A stretch of 64,000 nt of DNA from Mobula hypostoma (taxonomy: Eukaryota), in the NCBI RefSeq assembly GCF_963921235.1, contig NC_086107.1:113524001-113588000 (forward strand), given 5' to 3'. Below, in pieces: positions 1 to 13,700 of this stretch. The notes below the pieces were generated by a model. The model ran no database searches, had not been told where the DNA came from, and was given only the letters and a program-made list of their open reading frames with translations. Made by a program: the position numbers and the translations under genes. Position 1 is the first letter of the stretch. Each line of letters starts with the position of its first letter.

Positions 1-571
1 TTCTCGCCTTTCAAACTGCACCACGCAGAAATCTCCGGGAACATTTACGATGACCAATTAAGCTACTAACCAGTACGTCCTTTGACTGTGGGAGGAAATG
101 GATCACCCGTGGACACGGGGAGGACGTACAGACTCCTTGTGAAGGACACAGGAGTTGAACTCCGAACTCTGATGCCCCGGGTTGTAGTCACATTGCACTA
201 GCTGCCAGGCTAGCAAGGCACCCTGTTTACATCCCATTGATGGGTTTGCTACTTGCTAACTCCTGTTACACTCTCCACAAAAGCTTGGTCCAGCTTCGAG
301 CTTTGTTGGGGAGTGGGGTGAAGATGAAGTAGGAAGTGCGTTGGAGCAGGAAGTAAGATGCAGACTAGAAACATAGAAATATAGAAAATCTACAACACAA
401 TACGGGCCCTTCGGCCCACAAAGTTGTGCCAAACATATCCCTACTTTAGAAATTACTAGTGTTACCCATAGCCCTCTAGTTTTCTAAGCTCCATGTACCT
501 ATCCAAAAGTCTCTTAAAAGACCCTATTGTATCCGCCTCCACCACCGTTACCGGCAGCGCATTCTACTCAC

Positions 572-880
572 TAGAGAAACACCTCGTACTCTGCTTGGGT
601 GATTACAACCCGACGGCGTGAACACTACATTGTCTAGCTTCAGGTAATTGCCTCTGTTCCTTTACTCTCTCCTCCAGATCTACCCTGTTCCTCCTACAGA
701 CCCCCTCACCCCGTTTCTTCCCCCACTTCACCTGCCTATCGCCCAGAGACTCCTCCTACTTGGCCCCCCCATCCTCCCACTGTTCTCATCTACCTCCCTC
801 CCTCCCTTATTTGATTCTGTGCTCCATTGCCCTCTCCAACGAGACTTCACCTCCACCTACCACCTCCCAGCCCCGCCTCG
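572..880 (+). mobile_element. Degenerate Penelope-like 3' fragment
   Basis: Similar to the GIY-YIG C-terminal coding end followed by the pyrimidine-rich tract seen in the other copies. Confidence 0.5.
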
Positions 881-3124
881 AGAGAGGCTGGAAATGTTGA
901 GCGACACTCGAAAACTTCTGCACACGTACCGTGGAGAGCATTCTGACTGGCTGCATCACCAGCAGAGATGGTGGGGGGTGGGGGGAGCTACTGCACGGGA
1001 TGAAGGAGCTGACAAGATAATTAGTCTGCTCCGTCATGGGCACCAGCCTCCATACCTTCAAGGAGCAGTGCCTCTGGGAGGCAGTGTCTGTCATTAACGA
1101 CCCCCAACACCCAGGACGTGTCCTCTTCTCATTGCCACCATCAGGGAGGAGGCACAGAAGCCTAAACACACACACATGCACAACGATTCAGGAACAGCTT
1201 CTTCCCCTCTGCCATCCAATTTCTGAATGGACATTGAACCCATGGACACTACCCCACTACTTTTTTGTATTTCTGTTTGTTTACAGTACTTATTTTAACT
1301 TAACTACTTCATAGACATATATATAATTACTGTAATTCAGTTTTTTTTCCTATGTTTATCACCATTGCATTGTACTGCTGCTGTAAACTTCACAAATCTC
1401 ACGACATATGCCAGTGATATTAAACCCAATTCTCGTTCTGATTCTGATAAAATGCTGGAGGAACTCAGGGTCAGGCAGCATCTAAGGAGGGAAATAAACA
1501 GTCGGGACCCTTCATGAGGACTTCTGAAGAAACATAAATCAGAATTATGAAGACCCTGTTGAAAAAGGTCTCAGCCTGAAACGTCGACTGACTATTCCTC
1601 TCCACAGATGCTGCCTGACCTGCTGAGCTCCTCCATCTGTCAGTCACCCGGATAACCACCTCTTGGTCCTCCACTATGCCTCCACCTCCATCTATCAGTC
1701 CTGATGAAGGATCTTGGCCCAAAATGTTGACTGTCCATTTCTCTTCACAGTTGCTGCCTGTCCCACTGAGTTCCTCCTGCATATTGCAGCAAGTTCCCTG
1801 CCTCTTATTGATAAGCCGACAAACGGTCATGGAAAATGTATTGTCTAAGCGTATGGCATCGCAAGCCAGTGAGAGTGTGGCACACGGACGCTTCCCACCT
1901 TCTGTGGGTAGTTGACCTTTACGTTTCTCAGTTGTGCTTGCCCTAGGGGTACGAATGTGGCTTCTATTTTTACCGGTGACCCATGTCCTGCACACACTCC
2001 ACTTGCTAAGCGTTCGTATCTATCTGCAAGACCACGCTGATGGCCGGGGTTTCCAGGAGAGCAGGCTGCAGATTGGACAGTGGTCACCTCTTCCTCTCCC
2101 CAGCCCAAGACTGCTAAAGCTAAAAGAACTTGTTTCGGCTTGTGGGACCTTTGCACGCATACAAACTGGCTGCCCCACCCCTCCCTTCCCTCTCCTTCAA
2201 TGGTTCCATTTAATATCAGAGAGAGGATACAGTGTACAACCTTTCACAGCCATCCATGAAAACAGAAGAGTACTCCCTAAGAGTGAATGAATGTGAAACT
2301 TCAGAACCCCAAAGCCCCCCCACGCAGAAACAGCAGCAAAGGATCTGCCTTCCCCCCTCCCCTGTCATTTACTTCAGCAAGAAGCATCAGTATTCCCACC
2401 GCCCACCAAACAAGCAAGCAATAGCAAAGCCCCCAGAGAGAGACTACCATCTGCAGTGCAACAAAAACTAATTGTTCACCAACAATTCGACAAGTGCGGT
2501 CTGACCAACGCCTTATAAAGCTTTCATCCTTGCTCTTCAAAGATTCAAAGTACATTTATTATCAATGTATACAGAATACAACTCTAAGGTTCTAGTCCTC
2601 TCAAAATGAATGCCAACGTTGCATTAACCTCTCTTACCACTGACTCAACTACAAATTAACCTCTAGGGAATTCCCTAAATTTTCTCCCCGTTTAGAAAAT
2701 AGTCTATGCCTTTATTCCTTCTACCAATGTGCATGACCATACACTTTCCTATACTATATTCCATCTGTCACTTCTTTGTCCATTGCCCCAATTTGTCTTT
2801 CTGAAGTCTCCATGCTTCCTCAATACGATTCGTCCCTCCATTTACCTTTGCATCATCCGCAAATATGGCCACAAAGCCATTATTCCGTCATTCAAATAAT
2901 TGACATACTGTATAACCCAACACAGACCCCTGCGGAACACCACTAGTCACCAGCAGCCAACCAGAAAAGGCCCAATTTATTCCCACTCTTTGCCTCTGCC
3001 AGTCAGTCAATCCTCTATCCATGCTGGATTTGTTCCTGTAATACAATGGGCTCTTATCTTGTTAAGCAGCCTCATGTGCAGTACCTCGTCAAAGATATTA
3101 TGTGCAGGTAACACACATAATCTG

Positions 3125-3696
3125 CACTCAGTGGCCGCTTTATTAGGTACACCTGTATGCCAGCTCATTACTGAAAATACCTAATCAGCCAATCATGTGC
3201 CAGTAACTCAATGCATAAAGGCATTCAGAATTGGTGAAGAGGTTCAGTTGTTGTTCAGGCCAAACATCAGAATGGGAAAGAAACGTTATCTAAGTGATTT
3301 TGACCGTGGAATGATTGTTGGTGCCAGATGGGGTGGTTTGAGTATCTCAGAAACTGCTGATCTCCTGGGATTTTCATGCACAGCAGTCTCTAGAGTTTAC
3401 AGAGAATGGTGCGAGAAACAAAAAAAATCCAGTGAGCAACAGTTCTGTGGGTGAAAACCCCTTGTTAATGAGAGAGGTCAGAGGAGAATGGCCAGACTGG
3501 TTCAAGCTGACGGGAAGGCGTCAGTAACTCACATAACCACACGTTACAACAGTGGTGTGCAGAAGAGCATCTCTGAATGCACAACACGCCGAATCGAATC
3601 TTGGTGGACAGGCTACAGCAGGAAAAGACCACAAACATACACTTAATGGCCACTTCATTAGATACAGGAGGTTCCTCATAATAAGGGCACTGAGTA
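3125..3696 (+). mobile_element. Internally deleted Tc1/mariner element; other copies at 31350-31801 (-) and 37250-37797 (+)
   Basis: TIR CACTCAGTGGCC(A/G)CTTTATTAGG; paired-like HTH remnant LSDFDRGMIVGAR...SISETADLLGFS. Confidence 0.85.
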
Positions 3697-4224
3697 TAAA
3701 TGGTACATTAATAATACAAGACATGGAAGAGGAAAAAAAGACAGAAAAAATATAATCACTAATATTGATCAGAAAAGTACCCTTATCTCTAAGGAATACC
3801 ACTTTCCCCATTCTAAACTTGACTACTTAACTTGACTCCATATTGTCTGTCATTTGGTACTCATGCTTTTGATGTTCCTAGAACATTGAACATTGCAGAA
3901 CAATACAGGCTCTTTGGCCCACAAAGTTGTGCTGAATATTTAGCCTACTAACCCTTTCCTCCCCCATAGCCCTCAATTTTTTCTTCATCCATATGCCGTG
4001 TCATATGATGTAGGCAATCATGGTCTTTCCCTGACCATAAGTTTTCTACAGAAGTGGCTTGCCATTGCCTTCTTCTGGGCAGTGTCTTAACAAGATGGGT
4101 GACCCGAGCCATTATCAATACTCTTCAGAGATTGTCTGATTGGTGTCAGTGGTTGCATAGCCAGGACTTGCGATCTGCACCAGCTGCTCATACGACCATC
4201 CACCACCTGCTCCCAAAAGTATCA

Positions 4225-4745
4225 GACTCCACCACCACCCCTGGGAGTGCATTCTAAGCATTTACCACTGTCTGTGTTAAAAATCTGCCTCTGACATCTC
4301 CCCTAAATTTTCCTCCGCTCACCTTAAAAGGACGTCCTCTGGTATTAGGCATTACCACCCTGGGAAAAAGTCTCTGGCTGTCCACTTTTTCTGTGCCTCC
4401 TAGCATCTTGCACACCTCTATCAAGACACCTCTCATCCTCCTTTGCTCCAAACAGAACAGCCCTAGCTCACGCAGCCTTCCCGTAGAACAGAAAGTTTCT
4501 AATCCAGGGAGAATCCTGGTAAATCTCCTCTGCACCATCTTTAAATCTCCCACATCTTTCCTATAATGAGGTGACTGGAACTGTACACAAAGTTCCAGGT
4601 GTGCTCTAACCAGGGTTTTATAGAGCTGTAGCATTACCTTGGGGCTCTTGCACTCAATCCCCCAACTAATGAAGGCCAACACACCACGTACCCCAAGCCA
4701 CCTCTCATCTTCCTTCACTCCAAAGAGAACAGCCTTTGCTCGCTA
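4225..4745 (-). mobile_element. CR1 3' fragment
   Basis: LYKTLVRAHLE...VQRRFTRILPGL remnant ORF. Confidence 0.85.
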
Positions 4746-6017
4746 AAACTACCTTCTGTTAACATCACTGATTTTGTGGCATCTTATCAGCAGTTGGTGA
4801 GACCTGGTGTGAAGATCAGCTAGAGATTTGGTTGGATGACAGAATGGGTATAAGGGCTGTAGGTTCACCTCCTATACTTGGTCACCACTGTTCCCTCTGA
4901 GCTGCCTGGTAGCTGAAATGCTCCCGCACACATAGCATATGCTGCCACACAGCTAAAATTTTCTTTCATATGTTAATTGTGAAATACCCTCTAATTGATT
5001 ATGAATTAATGAATATAATCCATAAATTGTATAAATAATAAACATACCATAACCTTTACTTTCAAAAAATTTAGAGCTTCAACATACTTACATTATCAAA
5101 GTTTCAATTTACAGCACTGTTAAAAATTTCAACAATAAACACAGAATGGAATTCGGTAGCTCATTGTTAATAGACTGCCAGTCTGCTGACTGCCAATACT
5201 AAGTTTAAAGGTTTATGAAACATGAAAGATTTTTGTAATGTATTTCATTTTAGCCTTCAATTAATCATTATAATCAAAAGTGTGTTCATACTATGCATAT
5301 TACAAAAAAAACATTTAAGGTGTCACACGGTTTTCAGGCTGTGTGAGTATTTCCTGCTCAGAACAGTGTTCAGTCTGCACAGCTGACCAATGGACATAGC
5401 TGGAAGGTGGGGAGTTGGTGAAGGTGGGATGTACTCTCTGCTCCATTAGACTGTGAGTTACACCTGGTGTTGTGGGGGAGTTGACACAGCTCTTAAATTG
5501 GGAATGGCATAGCCTCACATTTCTTTGAGACCTGGAAGAGGCCATTCGGTCTTTCAAATCTATACCGGCTCACTGAGGATTCTCATCATCCTACTCCCCT
5601 GCACCCTATTCTCTCTCACACACACACACCCATCACAACAGGCTCTGCTGCCTCCAACCTAATTTATAACCTACACAACATGCAAAATGCAGGAGGAACC
5701 CAACAGGTCAGGTGGCATCTATGGAAATGAAAACATGGAATAAACAGCTGACTTTTTGGGCTGAGATGACCTGATGTTTCTCAGCCTGAAACTTTAACTG
5801 TTTATTCCTTTCCATAGACACTGCCTGAGCTGCCGAGTTCCTTCAGCATTGTGTGTGTGCGTATGCGTGTTGCCCTGGGTTTCAGCACCCGCAGAGTCCC
5901 TGGTGTTTATGAGGGAAATAAACAGTCAACGTGTCAGGCCGAGACGCTGCAGAAGCTCGTGTTACGACTTCACAGTGGTTGATTATTTTGGACTGTGGGG
6001 GGAAACCAGAGCATCTG

Positions 6018-6140
6018 ACACACAGACACACTCACTCACACATACACACAGACACACTCTCACTCACACACACACTCACTCACACACGCACAGACACTCA
6101 CTCACACACACAGCCACACAAACACACAGACACACACACA
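6018..6140. repeat. Imperfect (CA)n microsatellite
   Basis: Seen directly. Confidence 0.9.
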
Positions 6141-6739
6141 AATGCTGGGGGAAATCAGCAGGCCAGGCATCATCAATAAACAGTCCATATGCACGTCCTC
6201 CTTGTGGAATGTGCGGATTTCCTCCGGATACTCCGTTTTCCTCCCACACTCCAAAGCTGTACTGCTTAATAGGGTAATTGGTCATTGTAAAGTGTCCCGT
6301 GATTAGGTTGGGGCCAAATCGGGGTTGTTGGGGGTTGCTGGGCGTCTCGGCTTAAAGGGCTTATTCGGTGCTGTACCGGCTAAGTAAAACTAAACTAAAC
6401 TAAAATAAAAGATTTTGGAGCCGAGACCGGGGAATTGTGTTTCTGATGCTCTGAATCAGTGCAGAGAAGTTCGGAATGGGGAAAGAGTCTGGGGGGGGGG
6501 GTCCTGGTCTAGTCCTTACCCTAATTCTTACGTTGGGTGCACGTCTTCGATTGGACTAACTCTGACCCAGGAGGCTGGCCGGTGCAAGATAGCACCGTGA
6601 CTACGGTGGGCGGCAACATGGGACAATTATTCGCAGACCATAAACACAGGAAAAGCCTGCAGACGCTGGAAATCCAGAGCAACACGGGCAAAATGCTGGA
6701 GGAACTCAGCAGGCCAGGTGAAGGGGGGTCTCCGCAGGC

Positions 6740-7400
6740 AACGAGTTAAACGCGAAGGGGAGAGAAATTGCGGAATGACATTCTCGGGATCTCGAGTGCC
6801 GTCTAAATCCCGCAGGCTGCCACCTAACCTGATAGCTAACCTGGTTTTTCAGTGAAATCTGCGGTCGGAACTATGAGTGACAAATTCCATGTCCATCGTT
6901 ACCGCGGAGTTCATATTCGCAGCTTTTAGGGAACCAGGTACCGGTTGCGTCAGAATTTACGCAATTCAAGGGGAAGGATGTGGCTAACGCTATTAGAATC
7001 ACCGAGTAATTTCCACTCAGAAAGGTCAGAAAAAAAAACCCGATCATTACAGAGGATTCAGTCTCGCCAGAAGGGCTACAGCAACAGACGCTCGGTATCT
7101 CGACTCTGCTCCGAATCGGGGTACCGAGAGCGGGGTCTCACATCCGCGTGGAAAAGGGGCCGATGAGATACTGTGATTCGGGGTAACAGGGGCGGGTCAG
7201 TGCAAGGACTGGCTCCCCGGCTCTCTGCACCCCCCCCATCAAATCCCCATCCTCCCCACCCCTCACAGAATGCTTCTGTGTCCCAGAAACGAACCGGCCC
7301 GTCCGCTTCCCCCTCCACAGACGCTGACTGACCCTTCAGCAGAGGAATCTTTTGCCCCATCCCAGAGCGAGTACCACGCCAGAACCAGCTCCACCCTCCT
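6740..7400. promoter_or_regulatory. CpG-enriched unique region, possible promoter
   Basis: Visibly higher CpG density than the flanks, GC box GGGGCGGG near 7188, not a recognisable repeat. Confidence 0.35.
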
Positions 7401-7829
7401 GCCCTGGGTAGGAGCAGAACCATGGTTGAGTACCATAAGAGCAATATCGAGTGGAGATGGACTCTTCGGCCCATCTCAACCATGCCAACCCTTTGTGTTT
7501 GCTTATTTATTTCTTGAGATACGGTGCAGTCCTTCAAGCCAAACAACCTGGCAGCCCTCTCTTTAACCCTAGCCTAATCATGGACAATTTAGAATGACCA
7601 ATTAGCCTGCTAACTGTCTTTGGACCGTGGGAGGAGATGGGAACACCCGGAGGAGGCCCAGACATTCCATACAGTTAATGTAGGACTGAACTCCGAACTC
7701 CAATGCCCAGAGCTGTAGTAATGTCACATTGACCGCTACGCTACCGTGGCCTCCCAGCAACCATCTCCGACCTCCAACCTCCCCTCCTCGGCTAGTTCCC
7801 CTCGCCCGCATTTGGCTGAGGTTCCTCCA

Positions 7830-8065
7830 AGCATCATAGCGGTCAGTACAACGCATTACGGCCCCAGCGGCTCGGGTTCAATTCCCGCTGCTGCCTGCGA
7901 GGAGTTTGTACGTTCTCCCTGTGACCGCGTGGGGCTCCTATGGGTGCTCCGGTTTCCTGCCACAGTCCAAAGACGTAGCGGTTGGTAGATTAGTTGGTCA
8001 CATGGGTGTGATCGGTCAGCACGGGCTCGTCGGGCCAGAAGGGCCTGTAACCATGTTGTACCTCT
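7830..8065 (+). mobile_element. V-SINE (HE1-like); many copies, e.g. 1-222, 6190-6410, 7490-7750, 30866-31160, 34330-34590, 42540-42785
   Basis: B box GGTTCAATTCC followed by the V-domain GGGTGCTCCGGTTTCCT(C/G)CCACAGTCCAAAGAC. Confidence 0.8.
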
Positions 8066-8249
8066 AATCCAAGTGTCTTTTAAATGTTGTTGTTATCTCT
8101 ACTTCAGCCACATCCTCTGGCCGCCAGCTCCGTTTACCCACCACCCTGTGTGTGAACAAATTCCTCCTCAGGTCTCCCCTCTCTCACCTTCAACCTCTAC
8201 CCTCCAGTTCTTGCTTAGGGAAAACGACTCTGTATTGGAGTCAAAGATT

Positions 8250-8750
8250 CATAGAACACCGCAGCACAGAAACAGGCCCTTCAGCCCATCTAGTCCATGC
8301 CAAGCTTGTTACTCGGCCTAGTCCTGTCGATCCGCACCCAGTCCATAGCCCTCCATGCCCTTCCCATCCATGTAGCTATCCAAATCTTTCCTAAATATGG
8401 AAATGGAACCCGCATCCATCACTGCCACTGGCAGCTCGTTCCACACTCGCACCACCCTCTGAGAGAAGTTCCTCCTCAGGTTCCCCTTAAACATTTCACC
8501 TTTCACACATAATCTATGACCTCTAGCTTTCGTCTCATCCAACCTCAGTTTTAAAAAAAAAGCTGCTAGCATTTACCCTGTCTATACCCCTCATAATTTT
8601 GTATGCCTCTATCAGATCTCCCCTCACTCTCCTACCCTCCGGGAAATAAAACTCTTACCTATACAACCTTTCTCTATAACTCAGACCCTCAAGTCCCGGC
8701 ATCATCTTTGTAAATTTTCTCTGTACTCCTTCAATCTTACTGATATCTCT
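8250..8750 (-). mobile_element. CR1 3' fragment
   Basis: RGHRL...FSQRVVRVWNELP remnant. Confidence 0.8.
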
Positions 8751-9126
8751 GTTGTATTCTACTGTCTTCAGTTATAAAATGTCACCCTTCTGTCTGGTTG
8801 CTCCATGGATGCCCTCTCCCACCATCCCAGCCTCTGGGATCTCCCCCAGCATTAGACCCTTGGAGATCTTAGCATTTTGGCAGTTCTTTCTCCCTACCAC
8901 TTCTGCTCTATCCTGGCTAGATTATGCTTTATTGGAATCAGACTCTGGTAGGTCCTGGTATTCCTGCTTCCCCCACCATCCAGGCTGTGCTCTCTTCTCA
9001 CAGTTGCCATCAGCAAGGAGGTACAGAAGCCTCAGGGTCAAGAACAGATATTACACCTCAACCATCAGGCTTCTTCCTGAACCAGAGGGGATAACTTCCC
9101 TCAACTCTGAACTGTTCTCACAACCT

Positions 9127-10722
9127 TAAGGCAACTGTTAGTCTTGCGAGACCATGGATCTGTGCCTGGAAAGTCTTCACTCTCCAGGGCGCAGGCCTGG
9201 GCAAGGTTGTATGGAAGACCTGCAGTTGGCCCCTGCTGCAAGTCTCCCCTCTCCACGACACTGATGTTGTCCAAGGGAAGGGCAAAGGCCAATACAGCTT
9301 GGCACCAGTGTCGTCGCAGAGCACTGTGTGGTTAATTGCCTTGCTCAAGGACACAACATAGAAACATAGAAAATAGATGCAGGAGTAGGCCATTCGGCCC
9401 TTCGAGCCTGCACCGCCATTTATTATGATCATGGCTGATCATCCAACTCAGAACCCTGCACCAGCCTTCCCTCCATACCCCCTGATCCCCGTAGCCACAA
9501 GGGCCATATCTAACTCCCTCTTAAATATAACTAATGAACTGGCCTCAACTGTTTCCTGTGGCAGAGAATTCCACAGATTCACCACTCTCTGTGTGAAGAA
9601 GTTTTTCCTAATCTCGGTCCTAAAAGGCTTCCCCTTTATCCTCAAACTGTGACCCCTTGTTCTGGACTTCCCCAACATCGGGAACAATCTCCCTGCATCT
9701 AGCCTGTCCAATCCCTTTAGGATTTTATACGTTTCAATCAGATCCCCCCTCAATCTTCTAAATTCCAACGAGTACAAGCCCAATTCATCCCGTCTTTCTT
9801 CATATGAAAGTCCTGCCATCCCAGGAATCAATCTGGTGAACCTTCTTTGTACTCCCTCTATGGCAAGGATGTCTTTCCTCAGATTAGGGGACCAAAACTG
9901 CACACAATACTCCAGGTGTGGTCTCACCAAGGCCTTGTACAACTGCAGTAGTACTTCCCTGCTCCTGTGCTCAAATCCTCTCGCTATAAATGCCAGCATA
10001 CCATTCGCCTTTTTCGCCGCCTGCTGTACCTGCATGCCCACTTTCAATGACTGGTGTATAATGACACCCAGGTCTCGTTGCACCTCCCCTTTTCCTAATC
10101 GGCCACCATTCAGATAATAATCTGTTTTCCTATTTTTGCCACCAAAGTGGATAACTTCACATTTATCCACATTAAATTGCATCTGCCATGAATTTGCCCG
10201 CTCACCCAACCTATCCAAGTCACTCTGCATCCTCTTAGCATCCTCCTCACAGCTAACACTGCCACCCAGCTTCGTGTCATCCGCAAACTTGGAGATGCTG
10301 CATTTAATTCCCTCATCCAAGTCATTAATATATATTATAAACAACTGGGGTCCCAGCACTGAGCCTTGCGGTACCCCACTAGTCACCGCCTGCCATTCTG
10401 AAAAGGTCCCGTTTATTCCCACTCTTTGCTTCCTGTCTGCTAACCAATTCTCCATCCACATCAATACCTTATCCCCAATACCATGTGCTTTAAATTTGCA
10501 CACTAATCTCTTGTGTGGGACCTTGTCAAAAGCCTTTTGAAAATCCAAATATACCACATCCACTGGTTCTCCCCTATCCACTCTACTGGTTACATCCTCA
10601 AAAAATTCTATGAGATTCGTCAGACATGATTTTCCTTTCACACAACACACTGCCTTGGCTGAGGATCGAACTCACGACCTTCAGATCGCGAGCCCAATGC
10701 CTTAACCACTTGGCCACGTGCC
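9127..10722 (-). mobile_element. tRNA-derived SINE split by the CR1 insertion
   Basis: Minus-strand A box TGGCCAAGTGG and B box GTTCGATCC at about 10660-10717; body resumes at 9127-9358; TSD CACAACCT. Confidence 0.75.
9359..10639 (-). mobile_element. Young 5'-truncated CR1 LINE with an open RT C-terminal ORF (9448..10650)
   Basis: DFQKAFDKVPH, GVPQGSVLGP and FADD; octamer tail (TATGTTTC)n; flanking duplication ACACAACA. Confidence 0.93.
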
Positions 10723-13700
10723 CACAACCTAGAGGCTCATCATCATCAGAGACCCCCACCACCCAGGCCATGCTCTCTCCTCACTGCTATCATCAGGACA
10801 AAGGTGCAGGACCCTAATGTCCCAACACCATTAGTTTCAGGAACAGTTATTACCCTTCAACCATCCGGCTCCTGAACCAGAGGAGATAACCTCACTCAGC
10901 TACATTTGTCACATCACTGAAGATGGTAAGACCACAAGGCATAGGAACAGCCTATCGCATCTGCTCTGCCATTCCATCATGGCTGATTTACTATCCCTCT
11001 CAATCCCATAACCTTTGATGCCCTGACTAATTGAGAATCCATCAACCTCCACTTTAAATACACTTCATGACTTGGCCTTCACAGCCGCTGAACTGTTCCC
11101 ACAAGCAATAGGCACATTTTCAAGGACTCGTAAACACATTTGCCTATTACATATTGATTATTATTATTTGTTTTTATTTTGAGTTTTTCTAGCTTTGTAT
11201 TTGCACGGTTTGTTGTATTTTACACGCGGGTTGTTTGTCCATCCTGATGGGTGCAGTGTTTTGTTGATTCTGCTGTGTTTCTTGTATGTATTGTGAACAC
11301 CTGCAAGAAAAGAAATCTCAGGATTGTGTATGGAGATATACACTATATCTACTTTGATAATAAATTTACTTTGCATTTTGAACTTCTCTCCCCCCCCGCA
11401 GCAGTTGTCTCCAACCTCCGTCCTGCCCCCTCCATTCCAACTTGCTCCATCTGCCTCCCATGTCCCTTTCTGTCTGCTGACTCACTGCTCTCCCTTCCCC
11501 GACCTGCCCAACACCTTTCACCCCTCCTCAGTCCACCAATCACCTCCTGCCTCATCACAGCCCCCTCTTCCTCTTCATACTGATCGTCACCCATCTCCAC
11601 TCTTGGTGCTCATGTAGGGTTTCGACCCAAAATGTTGGCAATTAGAGTGCTAGAACTAGAGCCTTGCAGCACAAGAACAGGCTATTTGGCCCAACTCACC
11701 CATGCTGGCCAAGATGACCGCTAAAGCTGGTCCTATTTGCCTGTCTTTGATCCATAACCTTTTTTTGCTCTTTCCTATCATGTACCTCTCCAAATGTCTT
11801 TTAAGTGTTGTTAACGTACCTGCCTCAACATCTTCCTTGTTTCATCTGCAGACCACCCTTTGTATGAAAATTGCCCCTCTGGTCTTTTCCCCCTCATTTC
11901 AAACCCTCTGGTTCTGGATTCCCCAACCCTTGGAAAATGACACTGTGTTTTCAACCTGTCTACGCCCCTATGATTTTACACACCTGTCAAGCCTGCACAG
12001 GTAGGCATCTCCCAGTCTCCGCCCAGCTAACTGGAGCTACCTGCCACTCGTTTCCAGCTCATCACCTGCAGCCTATTTAAACCCAGCTGTCATCCACAAC
12101 CCACTTTCCCTCATCGAACCAGCCAGTCTTACTCCGAGCCTTCAGTTACCTTGTTGCTTTGTCACGTTTAAGATTAGTTCTCTTTTGTTTAGTGGCCTCC
12201 TCATGGCTGGGATGGAAACACCCGTGCTTTTCAACGAAAAATCCTACAAAAGGTAGTGGATTCAGCCCAGTACATCATGGGTAAAGCCCTCCCAACCATT
12301 GAGCACATCTACATGAAATGCTGTCATAGGAAAGCAGCGTCCATCATCAGAGATTCCCACACCCAGGCCATGCTCTTTTCTCACTGCTGCCATTGGGTAG
12401 AAGGTACAGGAGCCTCAGGACTCGCACCACCAGGTTCAAGAACAGTTACTACCCCTCAACCATCAGGCTCTTGAACAAAAGGGGATAACTACACTCACTT
12501 GCCCCATCATTGAGACGTTCCCACAAACAGTGAACTCACTTTAGGGACTCTTTATCTCATTATCTCGTTCTCATTATTTATTTCTATTTATTTCTATTTG
12601 CATTTGCACAGTTTGTTGTCTTCTGCACTCTGGTTGATCTTTCATTGATCCTGTTACAGTTAATATTCTACAGATTTGCTGAGTAAGCCCACAGGAAAAT
12701 GAGTCTCAGGGTTGTATATGGTGACATGAATGTATTTTTGGTGACATGAATAAAATTTACTTTGAACTCTGAACTTTGAAAAACCTGCCTCTCAGGTCTC
12801 CTTGAAATCTTTCTTTCCCTTCTCACCTTATACCAGTGTCTTCTAGTTTTAGACTCCCACCCCTCCCCCACCCTGGGATAAAGACTGTGATTATCTATGC
12901 CCTCCCCTATGAATTTATACACCTCTATACGTTCATCCCTCAGCCTCCTACACTCCGACCTATCCAGGTTTTCATTCAAACTCAAGATCTCTACTGCCAG
13001 TAACAGCTCGAGAATCTTTTCTGTGACTCTTCCGTTTAGTGACATCCTGGCTTTTCCCGGGTCACCGGAGATGCTCACAAAGTGCTGTCTTACCATGACT
13101 GGAGAACCTGTAACATGACTTCTTCACCCTCTATATACCTGAGTCTCCACTTTCAGGGAATTGGGTAGCTGTGCCCTTGGGTCTCTAAGTAAGGAAGGGC
13201 ACTTTGACAAACGTCTATATATGTGTACTGGAGAGTATATTGACTGCCTGCACCACAGTCTGGCTTGGAAATAACAATGTCCTTGAACAGAATATCCTGC
13301 AAAAAAATAGTGGATATGGCCTAGCCATCATTGTAAAGCCCTCCTCACCATTCAGCACATCTACATGAAACGCTGTCGCAGGAAAGCTGCGTCTATCATC
13401 AGAGACCCCCACCACCCAGGCCATGCTCTCTTCTCGCTGCTGCCATCAGGAAGAAGGTACAGGAGCCTCAGGACTCACACCACCAGGTTCAGGAACAGCA
13501 ACTACCCGTCAACCATCAGGCTCTTGAACCAAAGGGGATAACTTCACTTAACTTCACTTGCCCCATCATTGAAATGTTCCCACAACCAATGGACTCACTT
13601 TCAAGGACACTTCATCTCATACTAATAATAAATAAATAAGCAATATATATTTGTTTTTGCGCAGTTTGTTGTCTTTTGCACTCTAATTGAGCGATCAATT

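Noticed and set aside
4886..5368. hAT MITE with CACTGTTC...GAACAGTG ends
   Set aside because: The TIRs are imperfect and no TSD was found; plausible but not well supported.
10655..10722. tRNA gene
   Set aside because: The A/B boxes belong to a SINE head that continues into a SINE body and has TSDs.
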